Below are positions 1 to 6,272 of a stretch of DNA of 11,585 nucleotides, piece by piece; within the stretch, counting starts at the first letter, position 1; every line of letters begins with the position of its first letter. Source of the DNA: Candidatus Sericytochromatia bacterium (GTDB lineage Bacteria > Cyanobacteriota > Sericytochromatia > S15B-MN24 > JAQBPE01); the NCBI GenBank assembly GCA_035285125.1, contig JAYKHR010000092.1, positions 1 to 11,585 of the forward strand. The letters run 5' to 3'. Both the position numbers and the translations under genes were made by a program. The notes under the pieces are model-generated. The model was not told the origin of the DNA. It did no database searches and saw only the letters and a list, made by a program, of their open reading frames with translations.

Positions 1-618
1 CTCACGTGCCTGGTCACGGTGCCCGTCAGCAGGGTGTCCGGTGGGCGCTTGAACGGATACCCCATCGGCACGTACCCTCGCGGCTTCGGGGCAGGCGCGT
101 CGCGGACGGCCAGCCGCGGCAGCCGAGGCGATCGTTACGAGGTCCCCGGGGGCTTCGTCGAGCTCGACGCGTCGAACCTCTCGCTTCCCGTCAGCGAGCA
201 CTACCAACTGGGAGACTTCCAGGGGAAGGACGCCTTCGTGGGCGGTCGCAAGTACATGTTCCTCGAGCCTCGCCTCGTCGAGAAGCTGGAGCGGCTCCAT
301 GTGTCTCTTCGCGCCGAGGGGCGACCGTGCGGGAAGCTCCGCATCATGAGCGGCTATCGCTCGCCCTGGTTGAACCGGGCGATCGGCAACCGTACGGCCT
401 TGAGCCGTCACACCTACGGCGATGCGGCCGACATGATCGTGCAGGACTTCGATGGCAGCGGGGGCGTCACCCGGCGCGATGCCGAGATCCTGCTCGCCGC
501 GGCCACGCGACTGGACCGGGAGACGGACCTGACGGGTGGGGGCGCCATCTACCCGCCGACGGGCGGCCACGGCTGGTTCGTTCACACCGACACGCGCGGG
601 CAGGTCGTCCGCTGGTGA
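1..618 (+). CDS. Peptidase M15 family (D-Ala-D-Ala carboxypeptidase / YcbK-DUF882-like) zinc metallopeptidase, 5'-partial
   Basis: Frame is open from base 1 (LTCLVTVPVSR...) to TGA at 616-618. Contains the M15 motifs IMSGYRSPWLN, SRHTYGDAAD (HxxxxxxD) and FVHTDTRG (HxD). Confidence 0.85.
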   Translation, partial: LTCLVTVPVSRVSGGRLNGYPIGTYPRGFGAGASRTASRGSRGDRYEVPGGFVELDASNLSLPVSEHYQLGDFQGKDAFVGGRKYMFLEPRLVEKLERLHVSLRAEGRPCGKLRIMSGYRSPWLNRAIGNRTALSRHTYGDAADMIVQDFDGSGGVTRRDAEILLAAATRLDRETDLTGGGAIYPPTGGHGWFVHTDTRGQVVRW

Positions 619-1511
619 GGCTTCGCGTTCCAGCCACCAGCGCGAACCTGGGGCCTGGCTTCGACGTCCTCGGGCTGGCGCTGCCCCTTGAAAACCGCGT
701 GACGTTGGTGCCGGCGGAGCGAACCAGCTTCTTCCACAGTGGCCCGTTCGGGGCGGGTCTGCCTGACGACGCATCCCACCTCTCGGGCGTTGCCGCCCGG
801 CGCCTGGCGGCGGAGGTCGGCCGCGAGCTGCCCACCTGGCGGTGGGAGATCGCGGTCGCCATTCCGCCCGCGCGCGGCCTCGGCAGCTCCTCGGCGGCGA
901 TCGTCGCGGGGCTGGTCGCTGCGAATGAGGCCTTTTGCCGCCCCCTCGACGGGCTGGGGCTGCTCAGGCTCGCGACCGAGCTGGAGGGGCACCCCGACAA
1001 CGCTGCGCCGGCCATCTTCGGGGGCGTCACGGCTGCCTTCGCGGACGGCGCGACGGTGTGGTGCCTGCCGCTGGCCGACCGGGTGCCCGCCACCCTGGTG
1101 GCCGCCGTGCCCGACTTCCGGCTCTCGACGGCCGAGGCCCGGGCCGTCTTGCCTCCCACCGTGAGCCGAGCGGATGCCATCGCCAACGTGGCGGCCGTGA
1201 CCGCACTCACCACCGTTATGTTGCGCCAGGACGTATCATGGTGGGCGGCTGGCCTGGGCGATCGCCTCCACCAGCCCTGGCGGCTGCCCCTCGTGCGGGG
1301 CGCTGAAGACGTCCTCGCGGAGGCGCGGGCGGCCGGGGCCTGGGGGGGGGTGCTGAGCGGGGCCGGGCCTACGCTGATGGCGTTCGCCCCACCGGCACAA
1401 GCCGCGGCGGTGGCCGCAGCCATGGACCAGGCTTGGCGGCGCCACGGCGTCAGCCCGATCGTGAAGCAGTTCACCCACCTCGCGGCAGGTGCGGGGCCCT
1501 TGCCCACCTGA
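615..1511 (+). CDS. thrB: Homoserine kinase (GHMP family), 298 aa
   Basis: GTG at 615 overlaps the upstream stop (GTGA). Motifs RVPATSANLGPGFD, IPPARGLGSSSAAIV, EGHPDN and LSGAGPT are typical of ThrB. The 6..614 part of the listed ORF is only a shadow of the upstream gene. Confidence 0.95.
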   Translation: MRLRVPATSANLGPGFDVLGLALPLENRVTLVPAERTSFFHSGPFGAGLPDDASHLSGVAARRLAAEVGRELPTWRWEIAVAIPPARGLGSSSAAIVAGLVAANEAFCRPLDGLGLLRLATELEGHPDNAAPAIFGGVTAAFADGATVWCLPLADRVPATLVAAVPDFRLSTAEARAVLPPTVSRADAIANVAAVTALTTVMLRQDVSWWAAGLGDRLHQPWRLPLVRGAEDVLAEARAAGAWGGVLSGAGPTLMAFAPPAQAAAVAAAMDQAWRRHGVSPIVKQFTHLAAGAGPLPT

Positions 1512-1537
1512 CCGCGCCGACTGAGGAACCTCTCCGA

Positions 1538-2776
1538 ATGGCCATCATCGTCCAGAAGTTCGGCGGCACGTCCGTCGCGAACCCGGAGCGCATCCGGCTC
1601 GTCGCGGGCCGCATCGCGGAGGCGAAGCGGGCCGGGCACCACGTTGTCGTGGTGGTCTCCGCGATGGGGCACACCACCGACGAGCTGCTCGAGCTCAAGG
1701 ACCGGGTGACGGGCTACGCCTCGCCGCGGGAGCTCGACATGCTCCTCGCCACCGGCGAGCAGGTCTCCATCGCGCTGGTTGCCATGGCCCTGCAGGCGAT
1801 GGGCGTGCCCGCCATCTCGCTCACGGGCGCCCAGGCGGGAATCCGCACGGAGCCCGTTCACACGCGCGCCCGCATCATCGACATCCACACGGACCGCCTC
1901 AAGCAGCTGCTGTTCGAGGACTACATCCCCGTCGTCGCGGGCTTCCAGGGCGTCACCCACACGGGCGAGATCTGCACCCTGGGCCGCGGCGGGTCCGACA
2001 CCACGGCGGTCGCCCTGGCGGCTGCGCTCAAGGCGCGCGAGTGCGAGATCTTCACCGACGTGTCCGGCGTCTACACCACCGACCCTCGCGTCGTGCCGGG
2101 CGCGACCTTGCTGCCCGAGATCTCCTACGACGAGATGCTCGAGCTTGCCAGCCTGGGGGCCCAGGTGCTGCACCCCCGTTCCGTCGAGTACGCCAAGCAA
2201 TATGAGCTGACCATCCGCGTCCGGTCGACCTTCGACCAGGGGGCAGGCACGGTCGTGAAGGGAGTGAACCAGTTGGAGAACGTGACGCCCGTCCGCGGAG
2301 TGGCCGTGGACATGAACCAGGCCAAGGTCGCCCTGCTCGCCGTGCCGGACGTGCCCGGCATCGCGGCGCGCGTGTTCGGCGCGCTGTCCGATCACGGCAT
2401 CATCGTGGACATGATCACCCAGGCCGTCCGCGCCGAGAACACCAACGACATCGGCTTCACCGTGCCCCGCGATGGGCTGGAAAAGGCCGTGGGGGTCGCC
2501 AGGGAGGTCGCGCAGGCCATTGGTGCCGGCGACGTGGTGCACAGCCTCGAGGTCGCCAAGGTCTCGATCGTCGGGTCGGGCATGGTCAACCACGCCGGCA
2601 TCGCGGCGAAGATGTTCCAGGCCCTGGCTGATGGCAACATCAACATCCAGATGATCGCAACCTCCGAGATCAAGGTTTCGTGCGTCATCAACCGCGATCA
2701 GGCCCAGCAGGCCGCCCGGCTGGTGCACAACGCCTTCCACCTGGGGGCGGGGGCCCCTGCGATCGAGGTGGTGTAG
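1538..2776 (+). CDS. lysC: Monofunctional aspartate kinase with two C-terminal ACT domains, 412 aa
   Basis: ATG at 1538 with GAGGA at 1523-1527. Motifs VQKFGGTSV, VVVVSAMG, TLGRGGSDTTA, TDVSGVYTTDPR, LGAQVLHPRS; ACT motifs VPDVPGIAARVF and KVSIVGSGM...IATSEIKVS. Stop is TAG. Confidence 0.95.
   Translation: MAIIVQKFGGTSVANPERIRLVAGRIAEAKRAGHHVVVVVSAMGHTTDELLELKDRVTGYASPRELDMLLATGEQVSIALVAMALQAMGVPAISLTGAQAGIRTEPVHTRARIIDIHTDRLKQLLFEDYIPVVAGFQGVTHTGEICTLGRGGSDTTAVALAAALKARECEIFTDVSGVYTTDPRVVPGATLLPEISYDEMLELASLGAQVLHPRSVEYAKQYELTIRVRSTFDQGAGTVVKGVNQLENVTPVRGVAVDMNQAKVALLAVPDVPGIAARVFGALSDHGIIVDMITQAVRAENTNDIGFTVPRDGLEKAVGVAREVAQAIGAGDVVHSLEVAKVSIVGSGMVNHAGIAAKMFQALADGNINIQMIATSEIKVSCVINRDQAQQAARLVHNAFHLGAGAPAIEVV
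2273..2776 (+). CDS. Putative nested aspartate kinase beta (regulatory) subunit from an internal in-frame start, 167 aa
   Basis: AAGGGAG at 2258-2264, then an 8-nt spacer, then in-frame TTG at 2273 (codon 246), directly before ACT1. Matches the known alpha2beta2 organisation of Bacillus AKII and Corynebacterium LysC. Confidence 0.65.
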   Translation: MENVTPVRGVAVDMNQAKVALLAVPDVPGIAARVFGALSDHGIIVDMITQAVRAENTNDIGFTVPRDGLEKAVGVAREVAQAIGAGDVVHSLEVAKVSIVGSGMVNHAGIAAKMFQALADGNINIQMIATSEIKVSCVINRDQAQQAARLVHNAFHLGAGAPAIEVV

Positions 2777-2783
2777 GGCGTCG

Positions 2784-2812
2784 TTGACAGGCGCGCTGCC
2801 CCCTGGTACCAT
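2784..2812 (+). promoter_or_regulatory. Sigma70-type promoter for tRNA-Ala
   Basis: Perfect -35 TTGACA (2784-2789), 17-bp spacer, TG extended -10 element (2804-2805), -10 TACCAT (2807-2812), 40 bp upstream of the tRNA. Confidence 0.85.
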
Positions 2813-2852
2813 TCATTCGTTCGAGGCGCACCGCGCCCCGAAAAACTCTCTA

Positions 2853-2925
2853 GGGGGTATGGCGCAGTTGGTAGCGCGTCTGCATGGCATGCAGAAGGTC
2901 ACCGGTTCGAATCCGGTTACCTCCA
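2853..2925 (+). tRNA. tRNA-Ala (anticodon GGC)
   Basis: Cloverleaf: acceptor GGGGGTA/TACCTCC with the G3:U70 alanine identity pair; D-arm GCGC-AGTTGGTA-GCGC; anticodon arm TCTGC-ATGGCAT-GCAGA (GGC at 2886-2888); T-arm ACCGG-TTCGAAT-CCGGT; discriminator A2925. Followed by CCT, so CCA is not fully encoded. Confidence 0.97.
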
Positions 2926-2933
2926 CCTCAGTG

Positions 2934-2974
2934 AAAACCGCCCTTCCAAACTTGGAAGGGCGGTCTTTCTATTT
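2934..2974 (+). terminator. Rho-independent terminator after the tRNA, possibly bidirectional
   Basis: Perfect 13-bp inverted repeat ACCGCCCTTCCAA (2937-2949) / TTGGAAGGGCGGT (2952-2964), followed by CTTTCTATTT and preceded by an A-run. It lies between convergent transcription units. Confidence 0.85.
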
Positions 2975-3156
2975 GTGGCCCATGCAAGGAAGCCTGCCGC
3001 ACCCCTCAATCCTTCGCCCATCGGTCTGGCTCGTGCTGACGTCCTTGGACGGCGCCACGCCTGAGCCACGTGCCCGCCAGTACGCTCCTTGGTCGTTCCT
3101 GGCCCCTGGAAGCCAGCCCGCCGCCATCCACTCGGGCTCAGGACCTGACCGGCGCT

Positions 3157-3951
3157 CTACGGCGCCACGGTCCAGCGTGTCACGACCCGGCTCAGGCGGT
3201 GGCGGAAGCGGTCCAAGCACGTGACCAGGTCGCGGCCCTGCGCGGGGGACAGGCTCGCGAGGAAGGCGGCAGTGCTGTCCATCGAGAGTTTGTCGGCCAG
3301 CCCCGCCAGGCTGGCGCGCAGCTCGGCCTCGCCGCCTGCCGTGAGGTGCCTGGCCATGGTCGCCATGTACGCCTCGTGGTGCACCTGCCAGAAACGCTCG
3401 TAGTCGCGAGCACAGGCCGCGAAGAGTGCCTGCTGCGTGGGCGTCAGGTGCAGGCGGCGGGTGGCCTCGGCTGTGGCGCGCTCGGCCAGCGTGCCGAGGA
3501 CTGCCGCGTGGGTGGTGGGAAACTGCCGCATGGCCTCGGCCAGCTGTGCGCGCTGTGGCGGTGTCAGCACAGCGCGGATCTGCTCGAGCGTGTGGGCGTC
3601 CTGGGCCGCATCCAACTGCAGCAAGGTGTCCAGGCCCATCGAGAGCGCGGCGGGAGCCGCGGCCTGATGCGTCGTCAGCTCACGCAGCAAGGCCATCATC
3701 GGGTTGGTGGCCCGGATGGTGTCCTTCATGGCGGCACGCAGCGCGTGCCCCTGGGCGGCCGTGAGCCGCAGGGAGCGGAAGAAGTCCGCGTGGCTGCAGG
3801 GGCCGCAGGCCCCCGCCTGGGCCAGGCTGTAGGTGCTACTGATGGCCGTGGGCGCGGGCCCTGCGGCCGGCAGGGCGTTCGCACAGCCGAGGGCGGCCAC
3901 GGCGGCCGCGACGGCCGTGGCGATTGCAAAGGGATGCTGTCGGGTCCTCAT
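3157..3951 (-). CDS. Probable exported lipoprotein with repeated LTxxQ-like motifs (Spy/CpxP-like helical protein), 264 aa
   Basis: ATG at 3951 preceded by AGAGGAGG. Basic N-terminus, hydrophobic stretch and ALGC (Cys23, imperfect lipobox). Motifs LTAAQ, LTPPQRAQL, LTPTQQ, LSPAQ in an Ala/Leu-rich helical sequence. The upstream part of listed ORF 3157..4626 is shadow. Confidence 0.7.
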   Translation of the reverse strand: MRTRQHPFAIATAVAAAVAALGCANALPAAGPAPTAISSTYSLAQAGACGPCSHADFFRSLRLTAAQGHALRAAMKDTIRATNPMMALLRELTTHQAAAPAALSMGLDTLLQLDAAQDAHTLEQIRAVLTPPQRAQLAEAMRQFPTTHAAVLGTLAERATAEATRRLHLTPTQQALFAACARDYERFWQVHHEAYMATMARHLTAGGEAELRASLAGLADKLSMDSTAAFLASLSPAQGRDLVTCLDRFRHRLSRVVTRWTVAP

Positions 3952-4082
3952 GGCGCCTCCTCTGGTGGTCTGGGGTTCCCACCAGCGATGTTCACCTGGG
4001 CGCGCCCCGAGGCCAACGGAGTGGCGGGTGATGCGCCTCGGCGGTGGGCGAGCGGCCCCACATCGGCCTGGAGGGCAGCCCC

Positions 4083-4781
4083 TCAGGGGGGGCAGGCCTC
4101 GGAGGAGGCCGCGCGCGCCGCGAGGCTCGCCTGCACGAGCGCCTCCAGCTGGCTGCGCACCCAGGAGAAGTGGGGGAAGGCCACGTGGGCCAGGCCCTTG
4201 TGGGCGCAGTAGGCCGCGAGCTGCCCCTTCGCAAGCACCAGATCGGCGTGGGGCACGGCCAGCCGGTCGCTCATCCCGTCTCCGAGGAAGACCGTGAAGG
4301 CCCCGGCCGCGCGGCAGGCCTGCACGATGCCGGCCTTGTCGACCCCGGTCGGGCAGGTGGGATCCGCGGGCACCAGACCAAAGCAGCCCTCCAGCAGCCT
4401 CGCCCGGTTCGCCGCGATCGGCACCTCGAGGCCCTCGCGGGCCAGGAAGGCCGCGATCACCTCGTGCACCCCGGCGGAGACGATGCGCACCGGCCAGCCC
4501 TGCCCCTCGCACCAGCGGCTGAACGCCGCGAAGTCGGGGTCGAGGGGCACGTGGGCGAGCAGGTGGGCCAGGGCGACCTCCAGCGACACGTTGCACGCCT
4601 GCAGGGCCTCGTCCAGCACCTGCCACAGCGGGGCCCGGTGGTCCCGGACCCGCCGGTCGAAGGCCAGGCGGCGGGCCGCCCCCACGAAGTGCTCAACGAG
4701 GGCGTCGTTGGAGTCCCGCAGCGTCACCGTGCCGTCAAAGTCGCACAGGATGACGACGGGTGCGCTGGTGGCCGCCGGCAT
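4083..4781 (-). CDS. HAD-superfamily phosphatase, MtnX-like (HAD-IB), 232 aa
   Basis: Motif I CDFDGTVT, motif II IVSAG, motif III Lys (GVDK), motif IV FLGDGMSD, then ADLVLAKGQLAAYC, a tail typical of MtnX-like proteins. Substrate cannot be determined. Confidence 0.85.
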   Translation of the reverse strand: MPAATSAPVVILCDFDGTVTLRDSNDALVEHFVGAARRLAFDRRVRDHRAPLWQVLDEALQACNVSLEVALAHLLAHVPLDPDFAAFSRWCEGQGWPVRIVSAGVHEVIAAFLAREGLEVPIAANRARLLEGCFGLVPADPTCPTGVDKAGIVQACRAAGAFTVFLGDGMSDRLAVPHADLVLAKGQLAAYCAHKGLAHVAFPHFSWVRSQLEALVQASLAARAASSEACPP

Positions 4782-4798
4782 CGCGGACGGGGCCGGCG

Positions 4799-5434
4799 TC
4801 AGGGGACCTCCGTGACGAACGCGGACCGGGGCCGGCGGATCTTCTTGAGCTTGACGAGCCAGTCACCCGCCTCGTCGCGGTAGCCCAGCGGCAGCAACAC
4901 CACGCTGCGCAGGCCCCGGGCGCGCAGGCCGAGGATGGTGTCTACCGCCTCCGGATCGAAGCCCTCCATCGGCGTGCTGTCCACGCCTTCCGCGGCTGCC
5001 GCGGCCAGCGCGAAGCCGAGACCGATGTAGGCCTGCCGGGCCGCGTGGGCGAAGTTTTCCTCGGCCGAGCGGAGTGGGTACTCTGCCAGCAGCTTCTTGC
5101 GGTATGCCTCCCAGCCCTCGCTGGTGAAGCCGCGCTCCGCGTTCACGAGGTCGAACATCATGTCGATGCGCTCGGCAGTGTAGGTGTCCCAGGCGGCGAA
5201 GACCAGCAGGTGGGAGCCATCCGTCACCTGGGCCTGGCCCCAGGCCACCTCGCGGATGCGAGCACGCACTTCCGGCGCGGTGACCAGCACCAGCTCGAAC
5301 GGCTGCAACCCGCTCGAGGTGGGGGCCAGCCGGACGGCCTCGATGATCCGCTCCACCGCGTCGTCGGGGACGGCGCGCGTCGGATCCATCTTCTTGGTGG
5401 CGTAGCGCCAACGCAGGCTTTCGAGCAAATCCAC
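4799..5434 (-). CDS. NAD(P)H-dependent FMN nitroreductase (NfsB-like), 211 aa
   Basis: GTG start with AAGGAG 9 nt upstream. Motifs WRYATKKMD, LAPTSSGLQP, DSTPMEGFD, LPLGYR and C-terminal KIRR. Confidence 0.92.
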   Translation of the reverse strand: MDLLESLRWRYATKKMDPTRAVPDDAVERIIEAVRLAPTSSGLQPFELVLVTAPEVRARIREVAWGQAQVTDGSHLLVFAAWDTYTAERIDMMFDLVNAERGFTSEGWEAYRKKLLAEYPLRSAEENFAHAARQAYIGLGFALAAAAAEGVDSTPMEGFDPEAVDTILGLRARGLRSVVLLPLGYRDEAGDWLVKLKKIRRPRSAFVTEVP

Positions 5435-5495
5435 GGCATCAAGCTCCTTTGCGGGGCAGCTTACAGCCGCGGCGCGTCCGGTGTCGAGCCCCTGG

Positions 5496-6182
5496 TCAGG
5501 TGGCGGGGGCTGCCGGCTCTCCCAGCGTGACCGTCAGCCCTCCCTTGAGGGCCATCGCCCGGGCGAACAGCGTCGCGTCTATCTCCCGGCACGAGGTCTG
5601 CTGCGCGGGGTCGTTCACGATCACCTTGCCGTCGCGCATCCCCGTGACCAGCACGTAGTGACCGGTTGAGCTGGAGCGCGTGTAGGCGCCCGGACGCACC
5701 AGGACAATGACCAGCTTGCCCGCCGCGAGCGCCGCCTCGACGTCCGCGAGCTTCTGCCCGTCACCCTCGACGGCCTCCAGGCCATAGGCCCGGGCTGCCC
5801 GTGCCAGGTGGTGCGTGGCCGTCGCGCTGCCGTGGCCCACGCGCTCCTCGCGCGGGGCCCCGCCGCGGCGCCGGATCTCGGCCACGACGGCGTTGACCTC
5901 GGCGGGCGTCGGGTCCAGGCGACCGAAGGCCTTCAGGGCCATCAAGGTGCAGACCGGTCCGCAGTTGCCGTTGTTGCGGGTCCGCTCCTGGGTGTTGGTC
6001 GCCCCGGGGTACTGGGAGACGTGGTACTCGCTGGGGTCCACGTCCAGTTCGGCAGATGGCGCCCAGGCATCGACCGCCATCGCCGGCTGGGCCTCCGCCA
6101 CGGCCAGGGCTGCCCCGAGAGGGGTCTGCCAGGGCCCGGTCGGGGCTGCCCGAAAGGTGGTGCTGTCGACGGTCCAGGGCAC
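5496..6182 (-). CDS. C39-like (papain-fold) cysteine peptidase, 228 aa
   Basis: GTG start with GGGAGG upstream. Putative triad Cys74 (NCGPVCTLMAL), His175 (GHYVLVTG) and Asp191 (VIVNDP). Low-complexity N-terminus with no evident signal peptide. Confidence 0.8.
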   Translation of the reverse strand: MPWTVDSTTFRAAPTGPWQTPLGAALAVAEAQPAMAVDAWAPSAELDVDPSEYHVSQYPGATNTQERTRNNGNCGPVCTLMALKAFGRLDPTPAEVNAVVAEIRRRGGAPREERVGHGSATATHHLARAARAYGLEAVEGDGQKLADVEAALAAGKLVIVLVRPGAYTRSSSTGHYVLVTGMRDGKVIVNDPAQQTSCREIDATLFARAMALKGGLTVTLGEPAAPAT

Positions 6183-6228
6183 GGTCGGGTCCTCCCGCCG
6201 GGGGGCTGGGCTTGGGGGTACTGGTCAT

Positions 6229-6256
6229 TCATCGCCGGAAAAACCAAGAAACTTTC
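6229..6256 (-). promoter_or_regulatory. Possible sigma28/FliA-like promoter upstream of the C39-like peptidase
   Basis: Minus strand reads GAAAGTTT-N12-GGCGATGA versus the FliA consensus TAAAGTTT-N11-GCCGATAA. It lies in a conspicuously AT-rich patch (about 6238-6290). Confidence 0.4.
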
Positions 6257-6272
6257 CAAAATTAACGCAAAG

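Noticed and set aside
6..614. Apparent 200-aa N-terminal extension or fusion on ThrB
   Set aside because: Overlaps the real M15 peptidase in another frame and is Arg-rich nonsense. ThrB homology begins at GTG 615.
467..2812. 781-aa minus-strand ORF
   Set aside because: Antisense shadow of thrB and lysC with no family motifs.
2784..3224. 146-aa ORF spanning the tRNA
   Set aside because: It starts in the -35 box and runs through the tRNA and terminator, so it is spurious as listed.
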